From Cellvibrionaceae bacterium (GTDB lineage: Bacteria > Pseudomonadota > Gammaproteobacteria > Pseudomonadales > Cellvibrionaceae), in contig JBLIFG010000003.1 in assembly GCA_047633635.1 (NCBI GenBank), forward strand, positions 31,273 to 95,272: a stretch of 64,000 nt of DNA, written 5' to 3'. Shown piece by piece: positions 25,676-36,301 of the stretch (the first letter of the stretch is position 1; every line of letters starts with the position of its first letter). The notes beneath the pieces are model-generated. The model was given only the letters and a program-made list of their open reading frames with translations. It was not told the origin of the DNA and searched no databases. A program made the position numbers and the translations under genes.

Positions 25676-27718
25676 ATGTCTACTCGCTGCTATCTACTTG
25701 GCCTTGTGTTATTGATATCGGCTTGCGGTAATAACCCCACCAAATCTCCACCACCGGTTTATACCGTCGCGGCACTAGAGCAAGAAATTAGCCAGCTTGA
25801 ACAGCAAAACACACCGAAGGCAACTTATCGTTTAATTGAAATTGCAGATGAATTAAGGTTGCTTGGCAGTACAGAAAAAGCCTTTGATGTGATTCGTAGA
25901 GTCAACTCAGAGAACCTACCAGATGACCAATATATTGTCTATGTTACTGTTGCGAGTAATATTTTTAGTGACGATCAGTCTATTTTTCAGTCCAGTGAAT
26001 TACTCAGTAACAATAGACTGCAAAAGCTTTGGGATCAATTAACGGTTGAACAACAAAAACAATTTCATCGTCAACGCGCTGAGACTTATAGCCAAATAGG
26101 CGATCTTAAAGCCAGTATCAATGAACGTATTGTTCTCGACAGGCTTCTTGTTGACCAGTTGGATTTAATAGAAAACCACGAGTCACTTTGGTTAGATATT
26201 GCCCAGCTATCGCTACAAACCCTAACGAGTGCTGATGCCACCCAAGACTCTATTACTCGGGGTTGGTATGAATTAGCTAGCATTAGCAAACAAAACGAGT
26301 CAAATTTAGAGGCGAAACGTGTATCTATAAATGTTTGGGTGAGCATGAACCCCAATCATCCCGCAGCTATTGAACTACCCATAGACCTGCAATTGTTGAA
26401 TACACTGATTGCACAGCGACCCCAAAAAATTGGTCTATTGCTGCCGGTAAGCGGTAAACTTGCCTTAGCGGGCAAAACTATTAGAGATGGCTTTTTAGCG
26501 GCTTATTTTAATCAAGGCTCAGAGTATCGCCCAGAAATTATTTTTTACGATACAGCTTCAGAGCCAATTAACACAGTCTATGACCAGGCCATCAACGATG
26601 GTGTTGAGCTTATTATTGGACCCTTACAAAAAGATAAAGTAACTGAGTTACACCAACGTCAGCAACGCCTAGTGACTACCTTAGCTCTCAATTATGTGAG
26701 CCCACCGAGTCAACAAGAAATAGATAATCTCGCTGATGGTCAAACTAGTGTCGACAAATTAGAATCACTAAGAACTATCACCACTCAAGACCCTTCATCA
26801 TCAACAGGCAATAATACAAATGCGCCTGCTAATATAAGTTTACCCATTGCGGATCCACAAGCCCTCGAGGCAAGTCTTGCTAGTGTTACTTCGCAGCAGG
26901 CAAGTTCAGCAGACGTTGCGCGCCCTAAAGCCAACCTGGATTTACCTTTTTATCAATTTGGTTTGTCACTTGAGGATGAAGCCCTGCAAACGGCTAATCG
27001 AGCATGGCTCGAGGGTAACCGCTATGCCATGATTATTGCGGCTAACGCAGATTGGAGCCAACGGGCTGTCAAGGCCTTTACTAATCGTTGGCAAGAGCTA
27101 GGTGGGAGCATTATCGTAAAACGAGAATTAAATGCAGATGATAGCTACTCTACAATTATAAAATCAGCATTTGATATTGATAAAAGTGAATCAAGAGCCA
27201 CTGGGCTAAAACGTTTGTTTGGCAAAAATTTTGAATACGAACCCAGACGCCGACAAGATATCGATATGATATTTTTAGTCACACGAGCAAAAGAAGGTCA
27301 GCAAATTAAACCGACGCTGTCTTTTCATTACGCGGGTGACCTACCCGTTTATGCAACGAGTCAAATATACAATAAGTCCCAAACTATCGGCCAAAATAAA
27401 GATTTAAATGGAATTCGTTTTATAACGCTGCCCTGGACTCTATATCCAGAAGAGTACGATAAAGACTTAATTAATGAACATATTAATATTCCCGCTAACT
27501 TTTCTCGACTATATGCTATGGGTATAGATGCCTATTACCTTCACGACCGCCTAAGGCAATTGACTCGGCTCCCCAAGACTTCAATTTTTGGTACAACAGG
27601 TAAATTGCGTCTGGACAGCGATAAACGTATTATTAGAGAGCAACCTTGGGCTGAAGTAGTCGATGGCGAGGCGAGGCCATTACCTCAGTTAACGCAAAAG
27701 GATAAAACTTTTGAGTAG
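25676..27718 (+). CDS. lpoA: Penicillin-binding protein activator LpoA (lipoprotein)
   Basis: Lipobox LLISAC. It has N-terminal TPR-like and C-terminal periplasmic-binding-like halves. Synteny is with yraN-diaA-dolP. The start was chosen at MSTRCYLLG. Confidence 0.85.
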   Translation: MSTRCYLLGLVLLISACGNNPTKSPPPVYTVAALEQEISQLEQQNTPKATYRLIEIADELRLLGSTEKAFDVIRRVNSENLPDDQYIVYVTVASNIFSDDQSIFQSSELLSNNRLQKLWDQLTVEQQKQFHRQRAETYSQIGDLKASINERIVLDRLLVDQLDLIENHESLWLDIAQLSLQTLTSADATQDSITRGWYELASISKQNESNLEAKRVSINVWVSMNPNHPAAIELPIDLQLLNTLIAQRPQKIGLLLPVSGKLALAGKTIRDGFLAAYFNQGSEYRPEIIFYDTASEPINTVYDQAINDGVELIIGPLQKDKVTELHQRQQRLVTTLALNYVSPPSQQEIDNLADGQTSVDKLESLRTITTQDPSSSTGNNTNAPANISLPIADPQALEASLASVTSQQASSADVARPKANLDLPFYQFGLSLEDEALQTANRAWLEGNRYAMIIAANADWSQRAVKAFTNRWQELGGSIIVKRELNADDSYSTIIKSAFDIDKSESRATGLKRLFGKNFEYEPRRRQDIDMIFLVTRAKEGQQIKPTLSFHYAGDLPVYATSQIYNKSQTIGQNKDLNGIRFITLPWTLYPEEYDKDLINEHINIPANFSRLYAMGIDAYYLHDRLRQLTRLPKTSIFGTTGKLRLDSDKRIIREQPWAEVVDGEARPLPQLTQKDKTFE

Positions 27719-27774
27719 CTGAGCGCTTATCACTCTCATGACGACGTGTAAAAACATACAGAAAAGGATATCTT

Positions 27775-28347
27775 ATGTTGAGGCGAATCATTTTTGAAAA
27801 AATAGCATTTAAACAATTATCGTTAAAAAGAATGATGCTAGAGCAATTCAAATCAAACAAAACAACAGCAACAGTATCTGACAAAAAACGGAGAACTGAA
27901 AAACTCAAAAGTCAGCACACAGACAAACAAAACAGTGGCCAAGCGGCAGAGAATTTAGCAAAAGCATATTTATTAAAGCAAGGATTAATTTTTTTAGAAA
28001 GAAATTATCATTGTCGTCATGGTGAAATAGACCTTATTTTTAAAGATAAAGCTAGCATCATATTTGTTGAAGTGCGCTTTAGACGTCAAGTTGCCTTTGG
28101 TAGCGCTTGTGAAACTATTGACGGCAAAAAGCAAAAAAAAATCATTAAAACAGCACAGTATTATTTATATAAGCATCGCCTAACCGAGTCAGTAATCGGT
28201 CGCTTTGATGTGATTGGAATCACACCCAGTAAAGGCTATGCAAAAAAAAATGCCTTAGAAGCACATAATGACTGCATCACAATTAATGATGATTATTGTA
28301 AAGAATATAGTATTGAATGGATTAAAAATGCCTTCCAAGCTTTTTAG
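27775..28347 (+). CDS. yraN: YraN-family (UPF0102) endonuclease-like protein
   Basis: GQAAENLAKAYL...HGEIDLIF...IFVEVRFR core. The basic N-terminal extension may be shorter if the start is at 27832. Confidence 0.85.
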   Translation: MLRRIIFEKIAFKQLSLKRMMLEQFKSNKTTATVSDKKRRTEKLKSQHTDKQNSGQAAENLAKAYLLKQGLIFLERNYHCRHGEIDLIFKDKASIIFVEVRFRRQVAFGSACETIDGKKQKKIIKTAQYYLYKHRLTESVIGRFDVIGITPSKGYAKKNALEAHNDCITINDDYCKEYSIEWIKNAFQAF

Positions 28348-28385
28348 ATCTGACTAACCTCAAACAGAATTTAGACTTTAAAACT

Positions 28386-28976
28386 ATGAGCGAAGAACGT
28401 CTTTATAAATTATTTCAGCAAAGTATAGAAGCTAAAATGGATGCTGGAGAAGTATTGATTCCAGATATTATTGAAGCCGGTCACATGATGGTTGAATGCT
28501 TGCTAGACGAAGGCAAAATTCTACTCTGTGGCAATGGTCCTTCGGCTGCTCTAGCACAAATTTTCGCTAATCACTTAATTAATCGCTTCGAACGTGAACG
28601 CCCAAGCCTACCTTGCCTTACACTGGGGTGCGTTCTTACTAATGTCTCCTCTGTAGCCAATGAACAAAGTTTTAACGAAATATTCGCCAAAGAAATAAAG
28701 GCGCTCGGTAGTGATAAAGATATATTGATAATATTTAGTTCAAGTGGCAATTCTTCAAATTTATTACAGGCAATCAAAGCCGCACATGAAAAAAATATTC
28801 GCGTAATTGCACTTAACGGACACGATGGGGGCAATATTTCTAAATTACTCGATGTCAATGATAAAGAGTTACGCGTACCATCAAATTCGCGTGGACGTAT
28901 TCATGAAGTGCATCTGCTTATTATATTTTGTCTATGTGATTATATAGATCAGCAATTATTTGGATCTACTGAGTAG
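28386..28976 (+). CDS. diaA: SIS-domain protein DiaA (DnaA initiator-associating, phosphoheptose-isomerase-like)
   Basis: 196-aa SIS domain (ILLCGNGPSAA...IIFSSSGNS) in the conserved yraO position. Confidence 0.8.
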   Translation: MSEERLYKLFQQSIEAKMDAGEVLIPDIIEAGHMMVECLLDEGKILLCGNGPSAALAQIFANHLINRFERERPSLPCLTLGCVLTNVSSVANEQSFNEIFAKEIKALGSDKDILIIFSSSGNSSNLLQAIKAAHEKNIRVIALNGHDGGNISKLLDVNDKELRVPSNSRGRIHEVHLLIIFCLCDYIDQQLFGSTE

Positions 28977-29107
28977 TTGTCTACTTTTAAATCTTTCAAT
29001 CAGAAGGTAGCTAGCCTAAAACCTTAAAAAATTACGTTATACTGGGGTTCGTTACTTGGAACCTCTGTAGTGTGACCGAAGCCTTATTACTCAAGAGATG
29101 AACAATC

Positions 29108-29674
29108 ATGAAGACACTTGGTCTATTATTTATTTTATTATTTGTTAATGGCTGCACTACTATTGTCGATGCGACCACCAAAGAACCGATCAATTCCGAC
29201 CCTAGAACACGTTCTTTTGGTACTTATATTGATGATAAACGGCTAGAGACAATCGCGACTGTAAATATTCGCAAAGCAGATCCTATTTTTAGGCAATCGC
29301 ACATTAGGGTCATCAGTTTTAAAGACGTTATACTACTAGTCGGACAAGTCCCTACCAATGAGCTACGCTTATTAGCCGGTCAGACAGCAAATCAAGTAAA
29401 TGGTGTTCGGAAGGTTTATAATGAAATAGATTTTGCCGCGAACACTTCATTTTGGAGACGCAGTCAAGATACTTGGATAACCTCAAAAGTGAAAACTTCT
29501 TTTTTGTCGAACCAAGAAATCAATGGACTCAAAATAAAAGTCGTCACCGAAAATGGGGTCGTCTATTTGATGGGCGCTATCACAGAAGAAAAATCAAACC
29601 TTGCCGCTGATTTAGCCAGTATTATTGGTGGTGTTAAAGAAGTTGTACGCGTTTTTGAATACATTGATAAATAA
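29108..29674 (+). CDS. dolP: Dual BON-domain outer-membrane lipoprotein DolP (YraP)
   Basis: Lipobox FVNGC, two BON-like repeats and the conserved position after diaA. Confidence 0.8.
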   Translation: MKTLGLLFILLFVNGCTTIVDATTKEPINSDPRTRSFGTYIDDKRLETIATVNIRKADPIFRQSHIRVISFKDVILLVGQVPTNELRLLAGQTANQVNGVRKVYNEIDFAANTSFWRRSQDTWITSKVKTSFLSNQEINGLKIKVVTENGVVYLMGAITEEKSNLAADLASIIGGVKEVVRVFEYIDK

Positions 29675-29718
29675 TATATTCTTTTATCAGCGGCGCTTTA
29701 CTGGCGCGCTTTATCATT

Positions 29719-29741
29719 AAGCCTATTGTCTTAGGCTTTTA
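29719..29741 (+). terminator. Hairpin terminator between the convergent dolP and uup genes
   Basis: AAGCCTA ttgtct TAGGCTT followed by TTT. Confidence 0.5.
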
Positions 29742-29772
29742 TCTAATCGTGCACTTTGCGTCACTCTTTCCT

Positions 29773-31662
29773 TCAACTCTCTAGCTCAGCCCAACGATCT
29801 AAAGAGTTGTTGAGCTCCTCACTGCTGTTAGCTAATTGATCAATCACAATTTGAGTATCTGCCGCTGATTTTTTGTAAAAATCGGCATCGGCCATTGCCG
29901 TCTCTAAGTTTTTGATTTGTAATTCTAAACCTTCAATTTTATTAGGCAACAGGTCTAGTTCACGCTGTATCTTATAACTCAGTTTTTTCTTTATTGGCGC
30001 TTTGACTACTTGGCCTTCAAGCGTATTTGACACAGGTTTTTTAATTTTTAAGGCGCCATCTTGGTCACGCAGATTTTTATTGTGTTTAGCCCAATCACTG
30101 TAACCACCAATATAGTGCTCGACCTTCCCATTGTCTTCAAACACTAAAGTACTGGTAACAACATTATCAAGAAAGTCTCTATCGTGGCTGACAACAATTA
30201 AAGTACCCGCATAATTTACTAGCTGTTCTTCTAAAACTTCAAGCATTTCCACATCGAGATCGTTAGTGGGCTCATCGAGAATTAATAAGTTTGTTTCTTC
30301 GGTAAACATTTTTGCAAGCAGCACACGGTTACGCTCTCCACCTGACAGGGCAGAAACGGGAGTCATAGCCCGTCGAGGACTAAATAAGAAATTTTTCATA
30401 TAGCCAACAATATGGCGTTCTTTACCATTTATTTTTATATATTCTTTACCGTTACCCACATTATGAGCCACACTTTGTGTGTTATCTAACTCGCGATGTA
30501 TCTGATCGAAATAGCCTATTTTTAAACCTGTACCAATTTTGATGCTGCCTTCGTCAGAGGTGAGCTCACCTAATAATAATTTTAATAGTGTACTTTTACC
30601 CACACCATTGTTACCAATCAGACCAATACGATCACCGCGCATTACTTTTAACTTGAAGTTTTCAATCAGTTTATCTTTACCAAAGCTGTGGGTGACACTG
30701 CGCGCCTCAATTACCTTTCGGCCAGACTTCTCAGCTGACTCACCAATTTCAAATTTAGCTTTGCCCTGGCGCTTAAGGCGTTGACCATACTCTTCCCGCA
30801 TAGACTCTAAAGCACGTACACGACCTTCATTGCGAGTTCGTCTTGCCTTAACGCCTTGACGAATCCAATCTTCTTCTTCAGATAGGCGTTTATCAAATAA
30901 TTTATTCTGTGTATCTTCATCTTCGTTGGCTTTGTCTTTTAACATTAAATAATTTTGATAATTACCTGGCCAACTGACCATAAGGCCGCGATCAATTTCA
31001 ATAATGCGTGTTGCAATTTTTTGCAAAAAAGAGCGGTCGTGAGTGATAAAAACCACACTGCCTTGAAAGCCTTTTATCATGTGCTCAAGCCACTCGATAG
31101 TACTAATATCTAAGTGGTTAGTGGGCTCATCGAGCAGCAGCACATCGGGCTTGGCAACCAAGGCTTTACCGAGTGCAACCCGGCGCTGCCAACCACCCGA
31201 TAATTCACTCAGTTTTTTATTCGCTGGCAAACCCAGCTGGGTCATCATAGTTTCTATTTTTTGTTCTAAATTCCAGCCACCAGAGGCTTCAATGTCTTGT
31301 TGTATATCTTGTAATACTAATAAGCTTTTCTCGTCAGTAGCCTTTTGCGCAAATTTATTAAATTTGTCAATTTTAGCTTGTTGCTCAGCTAGCCCTTCTG
31401 CAACTACGTCTTCGACTCGACGATGAAGGCTTTTTGGAAGTTGTTGATATAACTGGCTAATGCGCAAATGGCGTTTAAAGTGCATTTCACCACTATCTTG
31501 CTGTTGCTCACCCATAATTAATTTGAGCATAGTCGATTTACCCGCGCCATTGCGGCCAATCAAACAAACACGCTCTCCGGGTTCGAGGGAGAAACTGGCA
31601 TTGGTGAGAATTTTTTGATCGCCAAATTCTAGCGAAATATTATCGAAGCGAATTAAAGACAT
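29773..31662 (-). CDS. uup: ABC-F family ATPase Uup
   Basis: Two Walker A motifs (GRNGAGKST, GNNGVGKST), two LSGG signatures and a C-terminal coiled-coil tail. Confidence 0.9.
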   Translation of the reverse strand: MSLIRFDNISLEFGDQKILTNASFSLEPGERVCLIGRNGAGKSTMLKLIMGEQQQDSGEMHFKRHLRISQLYQQLPKSLHRRVEDVVAEGLAEQQAKIDKFNKFAQKATDEKSLLVLQDIQQDIEASGGWNLEQKIETMMTQLGLPANKKLSELSGGWQRRVALGKALVAKPDVLLLDEPTNHLDISTIEWLEHMIKGFQGSVVFITHDRSFLQKIATRIIEIDRGLMVSWPGNYQNYLMLKDKANEDEDTQNKLFDKRLSEEEDWIRQGVKARRTRNEGRVRALESMREEYGQRLKRQGKAKFEIGESAEKSGRKVIEARSVTHSFGKDKLIENFKLKVMRGDRIGLIGNNGVGKSTLLKLLLGELTSDEGSIKIGTGLKIGYFDQIHRELDNTQSVAHNVGNGKEYIKINGKERHIVGYMKNFLFSPRRAMTPVSALSGGERNRVLLAKMFTEETNLLILDEPTNDLDVEMLEVLEEQLVNYAGTLIVVSHDRDFLDNVVTSTLVFEDNGKVEHYIGGYSDWAKHNKNLRDQDGALKIKKPVSNTLEGQVVKAPIKKKLSYKIQRELDLLPNKIEGLELQIKNLETAMADADFYKKSAADTQIVIDQLANSSEELNNSLDRWAELES

Positions 31663-31821
31663 AGATTAGGAGTACAAGGTGTTAGAGGTGGAAAATAACT
31701 AGTAATTTGGGGCGGAGTATAGACCAATAGCACTTAGATAGCTTTAATAACCACTAAGCTGTTTAGTTGCAGATGATTACAGAGTTTATTGATGATAGAT
31801 CATGCATTTTATTGAGTTAAT

Positions 31822-32853
31822 TTATACCACTTTGATATGCCAAGGCTCGAAGCGCACGCCTAATTTGTTACCGTAATCATAGCGGATTGCGATATAGCCA
31901 AGATCTTGCATTTTTTTATACTCATCTGTATTGGCAAAATCATCGGTGAAGTTTCTACCTCCCCAACCTATGCGGCCGACATCAAAATCACCAATACCAT
32001 GATAAGAATAACCTGGAGGTGCTAGTGAGCGCGATGCGCGTGATAAGTTGCCTTCAACTCGAAGGGTTTTTGCTAAAAACAAATAAAGCTGCTTCACATT
32101 AGAGCGAATACCTGATGTGAGAATGATAGAACTACCCACATCGTTCTTCAATTTCTCATAATAAGCTAAGGATTCATTCTTAAATATATAGTGTCCTGAA
32201 CCTGCTACCTTCACCAGCTCAGATTTTTTAAACTGACTCGTCAATTGATTGGTGACTTTGTGGCCATAAAAACCGTAATCTGCGGCATTAGTAAAAAATA
32301 CGCGTTCAACAAACTCAAGCTCTGCCTTGGTGAATGCGCCGACTGCAGAAAAGCGCTTGGCAAAGCTAATTGATTCATCAAGACTCACTAGGTTGAAATG
32401 GCCATAACCAAGCGTTTTTTGTAGGTTTTTCAGTCTATTGAAGGTAGATAGTAATAAACTTGCATCGGCCTCGCTGATCAGCACATCATCATTATAATTG
32501 CGGGCAAAATCGACTGTTTTATCAACGACATCCAGCTTATTAACAACTTCGGGGCTAGTTATTTTAGTCGATGTAGACATAGTATCTGCATCGCGGATAT
32601 CTATATCGCTTTCAGCGATTTTAATGGCGGCGTCGGGCCTTTGGCTAGGAGCCACAAGTTGACTGGGTCTTTCGTTATCGCTTAAGGGGTCGAGCTCTGT
32701 CAACTCTAGCTGCAAATTTAAATCGAGCAGTGAACGGCCGCGGTCGACAACATCTGCTTGTTGTGCTGAAAATAAAGAGCTCGCCGGCCAATTCGCCGTC
32801 ATTGCCGCCGCACTAACGCCGAGTAACCCTTGGATGACCTGTCTACGCTTCAT
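31822..32853 (-). CDS. Tat-exported peptidase M15 (VanY / D-Ala-D-Ala carboxypeptidase-like)
   Basis: Twin-arginine leader MKRRQVIQGLLGVSAAA. Zn-binding motifs SYHGIGDFDV and FEPWH. Confidence 0.7.
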   Translation of the reverse strand: MKRRQVIQGLLGVSAAAMTANWPASSLFSAQQADVVDRGRSLLDLNLQLELTELDPLSDNERPSQLVAPSQRPDAAIKIAESDIDIRDADTMSTSTKITSPEVVNKLDVVDKTVDFARNYNDDVLISEADASLLLSTFNRLKNLQKTLGYGHFNLVSLDESISFAKRFSAVGAFTKAELEFVERVFFTNAADYGFYGHKVTNQLTSQFKKSELVKVAGSGHYIFKNESLAYYEKLKNDVGSSIILTSGIRSNVKQLYLFLAKTLRVEGNLSRASRSLAPPGYSYHGIGDFDVGRIGWGGRNFTDDFANTDEYKKMQDLGYIAIRYDYGNKLGVRFEPWHIKVV

Positions 32854-33119
32854 GAATTTACCTTATCTTTACCACTGAGTTGCTACCACTGCTTTTGGTT
32901 AAAACTCTTTATTTCCAATGCTCCGGAGCTAACTACTCTACAGCTACTAACTAAATAGCGTTAAATGAACACCATTCACATCGATAACTGCTACCCTAAT
33001 CTATTGCTTATAGGTTTACCTAGACTATATTTTAATCTAACTATTATAAAATTATTAGCATTTTAATTAAATATAGCAGTAAATTCACGCTTTAGCCCAA
33101 TTTTAATGAAAAAGACCCT

Positions 33120-34439
33120 ATGTTTCCTGCTAGATACACCCAAGGCTCTATCGCTACACATCTTATTCTTATGACAAGCTCAACAGCATTAGGTTTGCTG
33201 ACAATTTTTTTATCCGAGCTTGTCGACATCTACTTTTTAGGTCTTATTGGTGAAGCCGAGATAACCGCTCTAGGCTTTGCCGGACCCATCATTTTTTTTA
33301 GTCTTTCTCTCAACATAGGCTTGTCTATTGCCTGTAGCGCATTAGTTTCTATTGCTCTAGGATCGGGAAATACCGCAAGTTCACGTGAAACAGTAACGCA
33401 CTCCCTAGTCTCCGCATTTATCATATCACTCCCCTTAGCACTCATCTTATGGTTCTATCTACCGACATTACTGAGTTTAATGGGCGCTAGCGGTCAAGCG
33501 CTCGAGCTTGCCAATGCCTATACATCTATCGTGATTATTGGAATGCCGCTACTCGCCGTCGCTATGTCGATGGGGAGTATAATGCGAGCTAAGGGCGATG
33601 CTAAAAATAGCATGTTGATTTATATCGTCGCAGGCCTCAGCAATATAGTATTAGATCCGATATTAATTTTTGGTCTAGATCTAGGTGTAACCGGTGCCGC
33701 TCTAGCAACTCTCATAAGCCGAATAATTATGCTGGCTATGGCCTATCATATTATTGTCAATCGCGATCAGCTGGTGGGAGCATTTAACCTTCACCACTAC
33801 CGACAAGAGTTATCGAGCTACACCAAGATTGCATTTCCTGCCATTCTCACCAATTTGTCGACACCTTTAAGTATGGCCTACGTCACCTACGCGATGGCCC
33901 AATTTGGCGATAGCGCTGTTGCTGGTGTAGCAATTATTAACAAAATACAACCTGTAGCATTTGTCGGTTTATTTGCATTGTCTAGTGTCATCGGCCCCAT
34001 TGCTGGACAGAACTTCGGGGCTAAAAAATTCGACCGCGTGTCTAAAACGTTGTTTGAATCGATTCGTTTTACCTTAATTTATTGTGCTATTGTGAGCGCT
34101 ATTTTATGGCTATCACAATGGTGGTTTGTACCACTTTTTGGGGGGTCTGCGGCCGCTAATGAATTAGTGTATTTATTTTGTAGTGGCCTCAGCTTAATAT
34201 TTATTTTTAATGGCATCACCTTCCTCACCAATGCTTTATTTAATAATCTTGGGGTTGCCTACTACGCCACTATTATTAACATTCTCAAAGCCACTGTAGG
34301 CACCATCCCATTTGTTATTCTCGGCGCCAATATCGCGGGGGTAGAAGGTGTATTGTGGGGCTTATTTGCCGGCTCTATTTTTATTGCTGTCATAGGCCTA
34401 CTATTAGCTATAAAATTAGTGAATAAATTTCAAGCCTAA
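33120..34439 (+). CDS. MATE-family efflux transporter
   Basis: 439 aa and polytopic (about 12 TM). The sequence pattern is typical of MATE proteins (GDAKNSM, GVTGAALAT). Confidence 0.8.
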   Translation: MFPARYTQGSIATHLILMTSSTALGLLTIFLSELVDIYFLGLIGEAEITALGFAGPIIFFSLSLNIGLSIACSALVSIALGSGNTASSRETVTHSLVSAFIISLPLALILWFYLPTLLSLMGASGQALELANAYTSIVIIGMPLLAVAMSMGSIMRAKGDAKNSMLIYIVAGLSNIVLDPILIFGLDLGVTGAALATLISRIIMLAMAYHIIVNRDQLVGAFNLHHYRQELSSYTKIAFPAILTNLSTPLSMAYVTYAMAQFGDSAVAGVAIINKIQPVAFVGLFALSSVIGPIAGQNFGAKKFDRVSKTLFESIRFTLIYCAIVSAILWLSQWWFVPLFGGSAAANELVYLFCSGLSLIFIFNGITFLTNALFNNLGVAYYATIINILKATVGTIPFVILGANIAGVEGVLWGLFAGSIFIAVIGLLLAIKLVNKFQA

Positions 34440-34641
34440 ACCTATGGTTAACCAACTAATTAGCTTGATATCTTTGCAACGTGAGTTTTTACCCGTCGGG
34501 CCAAACACAACAACAGGTCAAGTGTAGCCCAGACTTATTTAGTTCATTGCTGAGTGCCTGCTACCTTTAGTATCCGACATGGGTTACCCATTACGAAATA
34601 AAATAACTATCGAGTAAAAGCCTCATATAAGAGTCTCTATA

Positions 34642-35079
34642 ATGAAGAATTTAATCTTTACTGGTTTTTTATTGTTGGCGTCTTGCACCAACACACCAAC
34701 AATTATCAATTTTAATGACAAATCTGTTGGCACCTACAACCCAGCCGCAGGTTGTGTTAGCTTATTACTTAAGCAAGACTGCTCTAAAATTATTGGCGCT
34801 ACTAGACATATAGAAATCGATGCTATCGAATTACGTATTGCAGGAAGTGTAGATGGACGCGTGATATTGATCATGTCTAAACCGACACTAGCTCCCGATA
34901 CTATCGCCTTGAAAGAGGGAGCTACGGCCATCAAAAATTTCTTTTTTAAAAAAGCCATCAAGCTAATCGAGGCAAAAGTAATTTATGGGGATAATATTAT
35001 TGTGGGGCACCATTACACCTTCGATGTCGATGCATACTCGCATTTAAAGACCTTAACTGTTAAACCAAAAGCCTATTAA
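34642..35079 (+). CDS. Hypothetical lipoprotein
   Basis: Signal peptide with the lipobox LLASC. I recognise no family. Confidence 0.5.
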   Translation: MKNLIFTGFLLLASCTNTPTIINFNDKSVGTYNPAAGCVSLLLKQDCSKIIGATRHIEIDAIELRIAGSVDGRVILIMSKPTLAPDTIALKEGATAIKNFFFKKAIKLIEAKVIYGDNIIVGHHYTFDVDAYSHLKTLTVKPKAY

Positions 35080-35230
35080 ATAAAAAGACTATTTAGCAAT
35101 AAGCCTGTTTAGAAATAAACCATCTAACACCAACTTATCAATAAATAGTTGGTGGAATACAACTGTTCTATTACATCGAGATTAGCTATTGGAAGATGCT
35201 TTGCATATCATCCAATAGCCTCAAGTTACA

Positions 35231-35800
35231 TTAGGCTCTAGGAAGAGTTACACCCTTTTGGCCTTGGTACTTACCGTCACGATCTTTATAAGAAGTACCA
35301 CAGACTTCATCTGACTCAAAGAAGAGCATCTGCGCAACGCCTTCATTCGCATATATTTTTGCAGGTAACGGCGTAGTATTTGAAAACTCTAATGTGACAT
35401 GGCCCTCCCACTCGGGCTCTAACGGTGTGACGTTGACAATAATGCCACAGCGCGCATAAGTCGATTTACCCAAACATACCGTAAGCACACTCCGAGGAAT
35501 TCTAAAATATTCGACGGTACGTGCTAGCGCAAAAGAGTTTGGTGGAATGATACAAACATCGCTTTTAATATCGACAAAGCTTTTTTCATCAAAGGCTTTA
35601 GGGTCGACAACACTTGAGTAGACGTTAGTGAAAATTTTAAACTCGTCTGCACAACGCACATCGTAGCCATAGCTCGAGGTACCGTAAGAGATCAATCGAT
35701 CACCGTTTTCGCCATAGCGCACTTGATTGGGCTCAAAGGGCTCAATCATATTTTGCTGTTCGGCCATGCGACGCATCCAGTGATCTGACTTAATACTCAT
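35231..35800 (-). CDS. dcd: dCTP deaminase
   Basis: [22 protein letters not shown] is the N-terminus typical of the 188-aa gammaproteobacterial Dcd, and similarity extends over the full length. Confidence 0.95.
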   Translation of the reverse strand: MSIKSDHWMRRMAEQQNMIEPFEPNQVRYGENGDRLISYGTSSYGYDVRCADEFKIFTNVYSSVVDPKAFDEKSFVDIKSDVCIIPPNSFALARTVEYFRIPRSVLTVCLGKSTYARCGIIVNVTPLEPEWEGHVTLEFSNTTPLPAKIYANEGVAQMLFFESDEVCGTSYKDRDGKYQGQKGVTLPRA

Positions 35801-35935
35801 TATGCTTCCTCGTTTTTGTTTAGTTAAACAGTGGGCAACACTTTTATTAAAATTTATTAAAAGTGTTATTGAAAAGCACTGACCACAAGCTAATTTGACA
35901 GGCTAGCTTGTGAACATTTGCTTAGATAATTGCAG

Positions 35936-36214
35936 CTAACTAACCTTTACGCCCCGCCAAAAAGCAACGTAGCCCTTAATATTTTCGGCCTTCGATTTTG
36001 GCTCTGCATAATAAAATGCTGCATCTTTATTTTGCTCGCCATCAACATCAAGCGTAAAATAGTTGGCAGTACCTTTCCAAAAACAACTGGTGGTATTTTC
36101 GCTCGGCTGACAGTAGCTTTGATTGACTGATGCTAAGGGAAAATAATGGTTACCCTCGACCACAACAGTCGCGTTAGATTCAGCAATCACTGTATTATTC
36201 CATACTGCTTTCAT
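35936..36214 (-). CDS. DUF427 domain protein
   Basis: 92 aa with the VVEGNHYFP...CFWKGTANYF...AAFYY pattern of DUF427. Confidence 0.75.
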   Translation of the reverse strand: MKAVWNNTVIAESNATVVVEGNHYFPLASVNQSYCQPSENTTSCFWKGTANYFTLDVDGEQNKDAAFYYAEPKSKAENIKGYVAFWRGVKVS

Positions 36215-36301
36215 AATTGACTCCAGTTATTTAACAGGCTCAAGCTAGACGATTAGCTGGGCCTATACTAAAAGCTATTGACACCACTAATGTATAAAAG
36301 A

